From the NCBI RefSeq assembly GCF_006345805.1, contig NC_043011.1, positions 5,208,001 through 5,272,000 of the forward strand: a stretch of DNA of 64,000 nt, written 5' to 3'. The notes below the pieces were generated by a model. That model searched no databases. It saw only the letters and a program-made list of their open reading frames with translations, and was not told where the DNA came from. The DNA comes from Octopus sinensis. Taxonomy: Eukaryota. The position numbers and the translations under genes are program-made. Below, in pieces: positions 23,261 to 36,103 of this stretch; within the stretch, counting starts at the first letter, position 1, and the number at the start of each line of letters is the position of its first letter.

Positions 23261-25584
23261 GGCAGCCATTCCTTTCTTAGGAGAGAAATAGTTATTAGTA
23301 GCTATAAATAAATACCTAAATTTTGCCTAATCTATGGGAGAAGCGTGGACGATAAGGAGCTATAAATTATAAATACATTTATTCTATATCTACGAGGCGT
23401 GAGACTGATCGATAAAATAAAATAAAATTAGGGGCAAGCTTTAAGATTAAATATATATTTAACACAAGACATGAGACAACGATATATAATTAAGATGAAC
23501 TATAGAATTATATGTACATATAAAAAGACACAAGGCGTGAGGCTAAATTTCACAAGTCATAACAATAATACTAATAGAGATAAAACAGGGCTAACTAAAA
23601 GATCAGATCAGTTGCAGATAGTTAAGTAGGTACACGGGTTGAAATTAAATATAGATTGCTTAGCTTGGATTCATATTTCGTATTTCGTATTTTTCGTAGG
23701 GAGTCGGATACCAGTCTGAATTCAAGTGAGGCCGTTGAAATCAGTCGCTGGTTTATATGCATATAGGGTGGCGGAGAGAGGGGCCGAATGGCGATCGAAA
23801 GAGATATAAGACAATTGAAGAGGAACGGGGGGGGGGGGTCGTGGCCCACCAAGAATCGGCCGGCAGCCATTCCTTTCTTAGGAGAGAAATAGTTATTAGT
23901 AGCTATAAATAAATACCTAAATTTTGCCTAATCTATGGGAGAAGCGTGGACGATAAGGAGCTATAAATTATAAATACATTTATTCTATATCTACGAGGCG
24001 TGAGACTGATCGATAAAATAAAATAAAATTAGGGGCAAGCTTTAAGATTAAATATATATTTAACACAAGACATGAGACAACGATATATAATTAAGATGAA
24101 CTATAGAATTATATGTACATATAAAAAGACACAAGGCGTGAGGCTAAATTTCACAAGTCATAACAATAATACTAATAGAGATAAAACAGGGCTAACTAAA
24201 GGATCAGATCAGTTGCAGATAGTTAAGTAGGTACACGGGTTGAAATTAAATATAGATTGCTTAGCTCGGATTCATATTTCGTATTTCGTATTTTTCGTAG
24301 GGAGTCGGATACCAGTCTGAATTCAAGTGAGGCCGTTGAAATCAGTCGCTGGTTTATATGCATATAGGGTGGCGGAGAGGGGCCGAATGGCGATCGAAAG
24401 AGATATAAGACAATTGAAGAAGAGGAACGGGGGGGGGTCGTGGCCCACCAAGAATCGGCCGGCAGCCATTCCTTTCTTAGGAGAGAAATAGTTATTAGTA
24501 GCTATAAATAAATACCTAAATTTTGCCTAATCTATGGGAGAAGCGTGGACAATAAGGAGCTATAAATTATAAATACATTTATTCTATATCTACGAGGCGT
24601 GAGACTGATCGATAAAATAAAATAAAATTAGGGGCAAGCTTTAAGATTAAATATATATTTAACACAAGACATGAGACAACGATATATAATTAAGATGAAC
24701 TATAGAATTATATGTACATATAAAAAGACACAAGGCGTGAGGCTAAATTTCACAAGTCATAACAATAATACTAATAGAGATAAAACAGGGCTAACTAAAG
24801 GATCAGATCAGTTGCAGATAGTTAAGTAGGTACACGGGTTGAAATTAAATATAGATTGCTTAGCTCGGATTCATATTTCGTATTTCGTATTTTTCGTAGG
24901 GAGTCGGATACCAGTCTGAATTCAAATGAGGCCGTTGAAATCAGTCGCTGGTTTATATGCATATAGGGTGGCGGAGAGGGGCCGAATGGCGATCGAAAGA
25001 GATATAAGACAATTGAAGAGGAACGGGGGGGGGGGGTCGTGGCCCACCAAGAATCGGCCGGCAGCCATTCCTTTCTTAGGAGAGAAATAGTTATTAGTAG
25101 CTATAAATAAATACCTAAATTTTGCCTAATCTATGGGAGAAGCGTGGACGATAAGGAGCTATAAATTATAAATACATTTATTCTATATCTACGAGGCGTG
25201 AGACTGATCGATAAAATAAAATAAAATTAGGGGCAAGCTTTAAGATTAATATATATTTAACACAAGACATGAGACAACGATATATAATTAGATGAACTAT
25301 AGAATTATATGTACATATAAAAAGACACAAGGCGTGAGGCTAAATTTCACAAGTCATAACAATAATACTAATAGAGATAAAACAGGGCTAACTAAAGGAT
25401 CAGATCAGTTGCAGATAGTTAAGTAGGTACACGGTTTGAAATTAAATATAGATTGCTTAGCTCGGATTCATATTTCGTATTTCGTATTTTTCGTAGGGAG
25501 TCGGATACCAGTCTGAATTCAAGTGAGGCCGTTGAAATCAGTCGCTGGTTTATATGCATATAGGGTGGCGGAGAGGGGCCGAAT
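23261..25584 (-). repeat. Tandem array of ~600-bp monomers (~3.9 copies) abutting the RTE 5' end
   Basis: ggcagccattcctttcttaggagag recurs at 23261, 23862, 24461 and 25060. Copies are nearly identical. Confidence 0.97.
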
Positions 25585-25602
25585 ATATATATATACATAT
25601 AC

Positions 25603-25639
<37 letters not shown>

Positions 25640-25689
25640 CATATACATATACATAATATATATATTATAATATATATATATATACATAC

Positions 25690-25726
<37 letters not shown>

Positions 25727-25739
25727 CATATACATATAC

Positions 25740-25788
<49 letters not shown>

Positions 25789-25801
25789 ATATATATATAT
25801 A

Positions 25802-25905
<104 letters not shown>

Positions 25906-25974
25906 CATAATATATATATATATATATATATACATATACATAATATATATATATATTATATATATACTATACAT

Positions 25975-26025
<51 letters not shown>

Positions 26026-26026
26026 G

Positions 26027-26068
<42 letters not shown>

Positions 26069-26703
26069 CATAATATATATATATATTATATATATATATA
26101 TATAAATATATATATTATATACATATACATATATATATATATACAAATATACATTATTATACATTATATATATACATAATATATATAAATATATATACAT
26201 ACATATGTGTGTGTGTGGATGCACAATGGCCCTGTGGTTAGGGCAGTGGACTCGCGGTTTCGATTCCAAGATCGGGCATTGTGTGTTTATTGAGCGAAAA
26301 CACTTAAAGCTCCATGAGGCTCCAGCTGGCTGTGGTGGCGAACCTTGCTGTAATCTTTCACCACAACTTTCTCTCACTCTTTCTTCCTATTTCTGTTGTA
26401 CCTGTATTTCAAAGGGCCAGCCTTGTCACACACTGTGTCACGCTGAATCTCCCCGAGAACTACGTTAAATGTACACGTGTCTGTGGAGTGCTCAGCCACT
26501 TGCACATTAATAAATGAGTTGCGATGTCACTGGTGCCAAGCAGTATCGGCCTTTGCCTTTCCCTTGGAGTGGACTGGGGAGGCTGGTATGCATGGGCAAC
26601 TGCTGGTCTTCCATAAACAACATTGCCCAGACTTGTGCCTTGGAGGGTATCTTTCTAGGTGCAATCTCATGGTCATTCATGACCGAAGGGGGTCACAACA
26701 ACA

Positions 26704-26735
<32 letters not shown>

Positions 26736-29700
26736 GTATACACATACATACATAATATATATAAATATATATACATAATATATATATGTGTAAGCATGTA
26801 TATATGTGAGAGAATAGTTTCAGTATTAACAGTGAAAGTATTAAATTGTATGTATCTCACATTACTATAGAGATGTTATTCTTTCAGTTTTGACAAGTGA
26901 TACTAAAAGTGTGTAAGAGGTAAGAGATTGGCCCAGGCACACATTGCGCAAGAAGCTGAAGATTATTTGGGCCCTTGATACTGCATTGACCCTAAGTAAG
27001 GCATGTGTAAAATTTGTCCTGCGGTCGATTTGCTCGACTAAATGCGGTGCTCCAGCATGGCCACAGTCAAATGACTGAAACAAGTAACAGAGAGAGAGAT
27101 CCTGCATGAAATTGCTTTTCAACATTATTCACATCTTTACTTATTTTCATTTATTATTATTCTTAGCATTGTTTATGAAAATATTTACCACAGTATCCTC
27201 AGACCAACCAAAGCCTTGTGAGTGGATTTGGTAGACGGAAACTGAAAGAAGCCCGTCGTATATATGTATATATATATATGCGTGTGTGTGTTTGTGTGTC
27301 TGTGTTTGCCCACCTAGCATTGCTTGACAACCGATGCTGGTGTGTTTATGTCCCCGTTACTTAGCGGTTCGGCAAAAGAAACCGATAGAATAAGTACTGG
27401 GCATACAAAAGAATAAGTTCCGGGGTTGAGTTGCTCGATTAAAGGCGGTGCTCTAGCATGGCCACAGTCAAATGACTGAAACAAGTAAAAGAGTAAAAGA
27501 GAGAGTATCAACTATTTTCTAAAGGTTGTCCTCACATATGCCCACAAAACAATAGACAAAAGAAGTTTATTAAGATTTAATTTTATTAAAATGAATATAG
27601 CAACAAAGATATTATGTTAGTTGGATTAAAGTCAGGTAGAAGTAGAGCATACACACATTCTTATAGAGCTGATTGGAGTAATAAAAGAATAATAATATAA
27701 GGTTTTTAATCTGTTTGACACATTTGAATAAGAAGATAGCTTTTAATTATTTTCAGCATCAAAAAAGTGGATCATGGTAGAAGCTTTAGTTGTTCTCTGT
27801 TACTTCAATGACACCGTCATCCTGGGTTGAAGGGTCATTTTGCTGCAAAGAAATCAAAAGTTGAAAGTTAATAAAATGGCTTTATTTTCGACAATGTTAA
27901 AAGGTCCTAAATTTTAAAAGGATAGAATTCTAAGTTGAGAAGTTGTGGTATTCATACCAAAGCCATGCCCTCTGAACGGACAATGCAGGCTTAGCTTATC
28001 CACACTGAAACTGTAAATATCTCCAATTTATCATCATCACTGGCACAGGCTTGGCTGTGTGCTAAGAAGTTTGCTTCCCAATCACGTGGTTCCGGGTTCA
28101 GTCCCACTGCGTGGCACCTTGGGCAAGTGTCTTCTACTATAGTCTTGGGCTGACCAAAGCCTTGTGAGTGGATGTCGTAGATAGAAACTGAAAGAAGCCC
28201 ATCGTGTGTGTTTATGACTGTGTTTGTCCCACCACCACCGCTTGGCAAGCGGTGGTGGTGTGTTTATGATGTTTTACAGTAAGGATGCCTTTCCTTGTTG
28301 CCAACACTCACCTGTTTCAAAAAAAGCAAGGTCATATTTCTCATAGCTAGTTTTTTGCTGAAGATTGGAAACAGACTACATTGCTTGTATGAGGATGATG
28401 CTCATTTGCGACAAACATGTGATAGCTAGACAAGGGTACACATAAACATATGCACACATATACACTTTGTTCTATCTTTGGAAGATCATTACACCAATAG
28501 TAAACACATGCACTGGTTCAATTTCACTTCTTTATTACTAGTTATTTAACCAATCAATTGATCATTTGCATAATCAGTCAATACATAAATACACACACAC
28601 ATACATACATATATATATATGACAAGCTTCTTTCAGTTTTCATCTACCAAATACACTCATAAGGATTTGGTCAGCCTGTGGCTATTTCAGAAGACACTTG
28701 CCTAAAGTGCTATGTACAGGGACTGAACCCAAAACTACACGGTTGGGAAGCAAACTTCTTAACTACACAGCCATACCTGTACCAATATAAAAATGCCAAT
28801 TTAATGCATAACATGCAATATATAATTTCAGAAAAGGCTAATACCCCAATGTTAGACAAGCCCAATTTTTCATTGCCCTTCACTTCCAAAGTATATTACA
28901 AACCACCACCACTTTTCCCACAGGTTGAACAAGACTTCTTGGAGCAGTATTCTATAGCCAGATGGCCTTTCTGATGCCAACCCTTACTTCTTTCCAAGCA
29001 AATTCCTTTATTCTATGCTTTTAATGTCGAACCACAGAGTTGTTGAATTTTGTTTATGCATGACATAAACACATCACCATCATCCAAGTGATGTCACTGT
29101 GAAAATACACACACACACACACACCACACACACACACACACACACAGAGGCATGTCTATCTTTTACTTGTTTCAGTTGTTGGACTGCAACCATGCTGGGG
29201 CACTACTTTGAACGGTTTAGTTGAATAAATCAACTCCTGTACCTATTCTCCAAGTCTGGTTCTTATTTATTTCAGCCTCTTTAACTAAACTACTAATTCA
29301 TAGGGATGTAAACAAACCAACACCAGTTGTCAAGCAATGGCTGGAGAACAAACACAAAGCCATACACAGACTCACTGGACCCAAATGAGGACCGACAAGT
29401 CTTAACATTTAACTCTTAATCCTTCCAAATACACACACCGCATTTATTGAGGAGGTAGTTCAGGTAAAGAAAAACTGAAATACTGACCATGGGAATTGAC
29501 GTAGTATCCGTCATGGTCATCGTTTTGATGCTCCCTTTTCCATGTTTGTGTGGGTCAGAGAGAGTTTAAGGCAGACCTTTCTACAGCCAGGTGCCCTTCC
29601 TATTGCCCAGCACCACCTCTTTCCATACAAAGTGATTGTCTCCATGACCAGACATGTTTACACAGTCAATTGGCGATGAATGTCATTCATTTATAATAAC

Positions 29701-30260
29701 GATGTGCTGTCAAGCCAAGGAGACACAAAAACATACTCACACACACACACACAGACCCTCATACACATGACAAGCTTGTTTCAGTTTCCATTTACTGGAT
29801 CCACTTACAAGGCTATAGTAGAAGACATTTGCCCCCAAAATGTCTTTACCCAGAACCATGTGGTTAGGGAACAAGCATCTTAACCATACAGCCATTGCTG
29901 TGCCTACATAAAAGTAAATATCCTGTACTGTGAAAATATTTGTCATGGTAACACCTTTTGTTAACAGTTTACCTTATTAATGTTTACTGCCAACCAACTA
30001 TTTTACTCAAGGTAAATTGCCTGATTCATACCTTTTTCTAAATAAACTTCAATCGACAGGCTGAAAATGTACAGTTTAGATTGCTAAACCACACATTTTC
30101 AGCTTGTCAAAAGCTTACCATTTCTCTATGATATTCGCCACATAAAACCTAATACAGTAGACCCTCGCAGTACAGGTGCCCCATTGCACGAGTAATTTGC
30201 TGTACAAGCCGAGACTCGTGTGAATTTTTGTTTTGAAGTATGAGCGGAAATCTGCAGTAT

Positions 30261-30433
30261 AGGTGCAGGAGTGGCTGTGTGGTAAGTAGCTTGCTTACCA
30301 ACCACATGGTTCCAGGTTCAGTCCCACTGCGTGGCACCTTGGGCAAGTGTCTTCTACTATAGCCTCGGGCCGACCAAAGCCTTGTGAGTGGATTTGGTAG
30401 ACGGAAACTGAAAGAAGCCCATCATACATATTC

Positions 30434-30474
<41 letters not shown>

Positions 30475-30698
30475 CGTGTATGTTTGTGTATCTGTGTTTG
30501 TCCCCCTAGCATCGCTTGACAATTGATGCTGGTGTGTTTACGTCCCCGTCACTGAGCAGTTCGGCAAAAGAGACCGATAGAATAAGTACTGGGCTTACAG
30601 AGAATAAGTCCCGGGGTTGAGTTGCTCGATTAAAGGCGGTGCTCCAGCATGGCCGCAGTCAAATGACTGAAACAAGTAAAAGAGTAAAGAGTAAAGAG
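30261..30698 (+). mobile_element. tRNA-derived SINE family A (~430 bp, internal microsatellite, GTAAAAGA tail)
   Basis: Head aggcgcaggagtggctgtgtggtaag..gttcagtccc and core ccttgggcaagtgtcttc. Other plus copies: 41256-41675, 53606-54033, 55035-55460 (TSD TATGCATA). Minus copies: 38494-38895, 44813-45207, 45213-45614, 52616-53018. Confidence 0.9.
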
Positions 30699-31542
30699 AG
30701 AGTACGAGCACACAAATCATCTCATCTTAAAAATAATTTGGTTAATAAAACCAGTTTACATATTTCTTTTTGCATTCTCTTTTTTTTTATAATTGTCATT
30801 TTACTTGTTACTACACCTTTTCTGTTTTAAAACCCATAAAAAATTATTTTTGAGTGGTTTTGCAGGGCTGAAACAGATTAATTATATTTTAGTTAATTTC
30901 AATGGGGAAAATTGATTTGTAAAACAAGTAAATTGTAAGATGAGCTCGGTCATGTAACAAATTAAACTTGTACTGCAAGGTATCACTGTAGTTATTTTCT
31001 TTTACTATTTCATTCTGAAACGTAAACTGTCACTTTTAAAAGTCAGTCTGTCATCACATACGGACACAACAACCCACCAAAACACCAACCACTACAACTA
31101 CTAGTCTGTCATTCTTAACCCTTTAGGGTTTAAACCGGCTGTATACTTAGCGGTTTGGCAAAAGAGGACGATAAAATAAGTACCAGCTTAACAAAAAAAT
31201 AAGTAAAAATTCTTAAAGGCAGTGCTCCAGTATGGCCTCAGTCTAATGACTGAAACAAGTAAAAGATAAAAAATAGAAGATAAAAATCAAAAACCCATCC
31301 AAAACAAAAAGAGAAACATGCTCAGTTAACCATGCTGCACACTGAGTCAATAGGAAGCTTCTATGCTGTTCCACAACCAGTTAGAAATAGTAGCAAAATC
31401 TTCCTCAAAATCAGACTGCCTTTTTTGCCAAGGTAAAAGGTCAGTACTCTGATCCTTTTAATGGCCTCTGTGAGTGGTGGGTAGAAAATAGAAAGTTATC
31501 CACAGTCTGGCAACATGACCTGAAATACGCTTGCAATGGAAT

Positions 31543-32711
31543 GGATTCCATTAAAACTAGTGATGCCAAAGGCCAAGTGGTGATGTTAGACTTGGCACCA
31601 GATTATGACTAGCATCATTAAAACTAGTGAATTCCATTAAAACTAGTGATGCCAAGGGCCAAGTGGTGATGTTAGACTTGGCACCAGATTATGACTAGCA
31701 CCATTAAAACTAGTGAATTCCATTAAAACTAGTGATGCCAAGGGCCAAGTGGTGATGTTAGACTTGGCACCAGATTATGACTAGCACCATTAAAACTAGT
31801 GGATTCCATTAAAACTAGTGATGCCAAGGGCCAAGTGGTGATGTTAGACTTGGCACCAGATTATGACTAGCACCATTAAAACTAGTGGATTCCATTAAAA
31901 CTAGTGTTGCCAAGGGCCAAGTGGTGATGTTAGACTTGGCACCAGACTATGACTAGCACCATTAAAACTAGTGATGTCAAAGGCCAAGTGGTGATGTTAG
32001 ACTTGGCACCAGATTATGACTAGCACCATTAAAACTAGTGAATTCCATTAAAACTAGTGATGCCAAGGGCCAAGTGGTGATGTTAGACTTGGCACCAGAT
32101 TATGACTAGCACCATTAAAACTAGTGAATTCCATTAAAACTAGTGATGCCAAGGGCCAAGTGGTGATGTTAGACTTGGCACCAGATTATGACTAGCACCA
32201 TTAAAACTAGTGAATTCCATTAAAACTAGTGATGCCAAGGGCCAAGTGGTGATGTTAGACTTGGCACCAGATTATGACTAGCACCATTAAAACTAGTGGA
32301 TTCCATTAAAACTAGTGATGCCAAGGGCCAAGTGGTGATGTTAGACTTGGCACCAGATTATGACTAGCACCATTAAAACTAGTGGATTCCATTAAAACTA
32401 GTGATGCCAAGGGCCAAGTGGTGATGTTAGACTTGGCACCAGATTATGACTAGCACCATTAAAACTAGTGGATTCCATTAAAACTAGTGTTGCCAAGGGC
32501 CAAGTGGTGATGTTAGACTTGGCACCAGACTATGACTAGCACCATTAAAACTAGTGATTCCATTAAAACTAGTGATGTCAAGGGCCAAGTGGTGATGTTA
32601 GACTTGGCACCAGATTATGACTAGCACCATTAAAACTAGTGGATTCCATTAAAACTAGTGATGTCAAGGGCCAAGTGGTGATGTTAGACTTGGCACCAGA
32701 TTATGACTAGT
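31543..32711. repeat. 86-bp minisatellite, 14 copies
   Basis: Unit ccattaaaactagtgatgccaagggccaagtggtgatgttagacttggcaccagattatgactagcaccattaaaactagtg(a/g)att. One unit lacks the internal duplication (68 bp). Confidence 0.97.
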
Positions 32712-33074
32712 ACCAAAGAACAGGAATGGTCCTACTAATATGTTTCAATGTGGTTTCAGTCAAGTGGTATTTCATTCACTATGCTTTTGTCAAGCTTAGA
32801 CTATGGTAGAAGATGCTTTTAGGGAGTACCATGCAATGCTATAGAACTCAAAACCACAATGTCGTGACGTGAACTTCTTAACCATACAGTCACACTTGCA
32901 TCTATAGCATGCAAGTGCAAGTTATGTATATGCAGATGTTAGAGCATGTGTATGTAAGTATACATGTGTGCAGGTATATGTATGTGTGCATGTATGTATA
33001 TAGAGGTGAGAGTGCATGTGTGCATATGTATATGTGCATCTGTGAGTATATCTATGTATGCATGTGTGTGTGTG

Positions 33075-33107
<33 letters not shown>

Positions 33108-33807
33108 GTGTGTGTGTGTGTTGAGAGGGTTTAAGAAATTGACACCAGCTTAGAAAAATCTCTCATAACACACAATTTTTATTATAAAATGAGTCAGAAT
33201 TGAGGTAATAGTATCCATACCGTTTGTGGAATATCCCACACATACATACATGCATACACACACACAAACACACAAACAAACAAACAAACAAATTGCAGTT
33301 TCATAAAGAAACAACACAATAAAACTATATATTCCATGAGAAACTAACATCTTTCCCAAATCAATTCACAGACTTTGAAGAATCCTCACAACACCAATAT
33401 AAACAGAAACTTATTTGGGAAAATTTATTACTTTACAAAATATTTCTTTTGAACAGAAATAAAAAAAATATTACAGCTTTTTAATGAGAAATTCTACCGG
33501 TAAAAATAATGTATATTTTCCTTTCTTTCTTTTATCAACAATACTTTAAAAAATGTCAGAAGCTAATTTTCAATAAAATGACTCAAATGGCAAGGACTGG
33601 CTTTGTTAAAACATGCTGGTGTGGACAGGAGGGAAGGAGGAAGAAAAGTAGGCATGAGAGGAAAGCTTTCAAAAGTCCTCTTTCTCTCTTAAATTCTTTT
33701 CATAGTCTCAACATAGAATTCCCAACAACATTTGTCATTTATGTCAATGAAATGACAGAATGTAATGCTGAAAAATTAAACAATTTGTCAATTTGAACAG
33801 GAGACAT

Positions 33808-34330
33808 CATCATCATCATCATTGTTCGACCGTGGTCGAGACAATGGAATTTACTATGCTACGCCAGGCTTCATGGTCCATCATAGCATTACGGAGGTTC
33901 TGTTGCTGAATGCCTGTATCCCTAGAGATTACATCAGGGTAGGAGAGTGTGCGCCCTCTGGTATTGTGAGCAGATGGCTTCCAGAGAAGAAGAGTAGAAA
34001 TTACCTCTTGTTCAGCTCTACAACAATGTCCAGCAAACTGGACTCTCCTACCTTTCACAAGAGATGACACAGGAGGTAGTTTCCCATATATTTGCATTTT
34101 GGTTGGATGACACTTCCACGAGAGACATAGTACTCATAGCTAGCAGTTTCATGTCTTCATCTATCCTCTTTCCTTAGCACACCATCATATTTTTGAGAGA
34201 CAAGAATAAATATCTAGGTGAGATTTTCGTGCAATTGATGTATGTTCTAAATGGTCTTAAGTTAGGGGCTTGATGAAAAGAAACATAAAAACAGAAGAGA
34301 TAGTTCACAGAGCATTTTCCTTTTCTTTAG
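33808..34330 (-). mobile_element. 3' fragment of a second RTE-like LINE family with (TGA)n tail
   Basis: IYGKLPPVS..RRVQFAGHCCR..LLLWKP..RGRTLSYPDVISRD..AWRSIV, followed by a catcatcatc tail. Confidence 0.8.
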
Positions 34331-34489
34331 GAAAGAAGGGTTGGGTATATGCTCATAAATCTTCTATCTTATACTTATTTTGGTCATTCAACTGCAGCCA
34401 TGCTGGGGCATCGACTTGAAGGAATTTAACCAAACAAATTGATCCAAGTATTTTTAGATATATTTTAAAGATAGTATCAGCGTCACTTT

Positions 34490-34886
34490 ACTGGCACTCG
34501 AGTCCCGTGCTAGTAGGGTATTAAGAGCACCAGCTAAGCGAGATCGTTGCCAGAGCGGCTATCTGGCCTTCGTGCCGGTGGCACATAAAAGACACCGTTC
34601 GAGCGTGATCGTTACCAGCATCGCCTTACTGGCACCCGTGCCGGTGGCGTGTGTAAAAGATTCGAGCGAGGTCGTTGCCAGTGCCGCCTGATTGGCCCCG
34701 TGCCAGTGACACGTAAAAAGCACCCACTACACTCTCGGAGTGGTTGGCGTTAGGAAGGGCATCCAGCTGTAGAAACTCTGCCAGATCAAGACTGAAGCCT
34801 GGTGCAGCTATCTGGTTCACCAGACCTTAGTCAAAATCATCCAACCCATGCTAGCATGGAAAGCGGACGTTAAACGATGATGATGA
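34490..34886 (+). mobile_element. Short element sharing the RTE 3' tail (truncated RTE or RTE-dependent SINE)
   Basis: Ends ccaacccatgctagcatggaaagcggacgttaaacgatgatg, like the RTE end at 18710-18770. Similar copies at 17170-17485, 42608-42796, 46552-46930 (-), 50781-51030 (-) and 55620-56240 (-). Confidence 0.85.
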
Positions 34887-35236
34887 GTACTTATTCTGTC
34901 AGGCCTGTTTACCAAGTTACTAAGTTATGAACATGTAATCAAACCAACACCCGTTGTCAAGCAGTGTGGGGGGGGGGAACAAACACACACACACACTAAT
35001 GGCAGGCTTCTTTCAGATCCCTTCTACCAAATCCACTCGTAAGGATTTGGCCAGCCCTGGGCTATAATTGAAGATATTTGCTACCCAGGACCATACGGCT
35101 GAAAAGCAAACTTCTCACCACACAACCATGCCTGTGCCTATATATTTTACCCAACCTTTCTCCCGAATTGACTGAAACCCTCCTTCCAAGAATTTATCAT
35201 CAATGCACACATCGCAGTGTGGTGAGACACATCAAA

Positions 35237-35354
35237 GTTTACGGCCATATCACTTTGAAAACACCGGTTCTTGTCTGATCACTGAAGTTAAGCAAAGTTG
35301 AGCCTAGTTAGTACTTAGATGGGTGACCTCTTGGGAAGCCTAGGTGCTGTAAAC
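35237..35354 (+). rRNA. Dispersed 5S rRNA copy, probably a pseudogene
   Basis: 118 nt GTTTACGGCCATATCAC...GGTGCTGTAAAC. Helix I (GUUUACGGC/GCUGUAAAC) pairs fully. A-box AGTTAAGC and C-box-like TAGATGGGTGACC are present. No oligo-T terminator: an A-run and a SINE follow. Confidence 0.9.
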
Positions 35355-35362
35355 GTAAAAAA

Positions 35363-35590
35363 AGGCGACGAGCTGACAGAATTGTTAGCACATTGGGTGA
35401 AATGCGTAGCCGTATTTCGTCTGCCACTACGTTCTGAGTTCTAATTCCGCTGAGGTCGACTTTGCTTTTCATCCTTTCAGGGTCGATTAAATAAATACCA
35501 GTTACGCACTGGGGTCAATGTAATCAACTTAATCTGTTTGTCTGTCCTCTCTGTGTTTAGCCCCTTGTGGGTAGTAAAGAAATAGGTATT
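35363..35590 (+). mobile_element. SINE family B copy directly after the 5S copy
   Basis: aggcgacgagctgacagaattgttagcac..gttctaattcc..ccttgtgggtagtaaagaaataggt. Other copies at 47878-48110, 50096-50328 (-), 58268-58498 (-) and 63140-63375. Confidence 0.85.
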
Positions 35591-36067
35591 TTGGGTGCTG
35601 AAGTTGAATGTAAGAACAGGGCACTGAGTCAGGTGATATAGAATCAGCACTTAACAAATCTGAGTTGCAAAGACCACTGGAGTAGTTATATATTATAGAA
35701 AAGACAGAAGATATGGTAAACTGTCAGGCCACGGTTGTAGCAGCAGTGGAAAAAAACAGGACAGAGAGCACACAGTTGGATTGTGTGTCTGTATTTCACT
35801 TGACCTGAAAATATGGACATGGTAAACCGTTTTGATTAAGGAACAAAGTATTTTTGAGTGTGTACAGCATTTCAATGATTAAGATGATTGATATAAATTA
35901 TATACAACATTTACAAGCAATAATCTAGGATATAATAAAAAGAGCACAGCCACTTCTATTGCAACCATTTATCTGTGTAGCCACCATACTCCCAATTTGT
36001 GCAGAGATAATGCAACTGAATATAGCATGGAAAACAAGTATATTTGGGAACAATTCAAATGATTTGC

Positions 36068-36103
36068 TTAAAAATTGCGAAGGTTGTTCTCTGCACTGCA
36101 TCT
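36068..36103 (-). CDS. CDO1: Candidate terminal coding exon of CDO1 (RCSAENNLRNF*)
   Basis: Phase-0 exon after the polypyrimidine acceptor tttctggtttcAG. The short peptide with ENN resembles the vertebrate CDO C-terminus (..SLENN*). Followed by non-repetitive UTR-like sequence. Short, so not unique. Confidence 0.55.
   Translation of the reverse strand, partial: RCSAENNLRNF

Noticed and set aside
23261-25584. 600-bp array as a retrozyme
   Set aside because: No CUGANGA or UUGANAA hammerhead core with stem II and GAAA was found on either strand of the monomer.
31543-32711. CRISPR-like array (regular palindromic repeats)
   Set aside because: There are no unique spacers, the whole 86-bp unit is repeated, there are no cas genes and the context is eukaryotic.
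33130-33240. Similarity to 39110-39200 as a segmental duplication
   Set aside because: The copies are short, diverged and attached to (GT)n, so most likely an old dispersed repeat.
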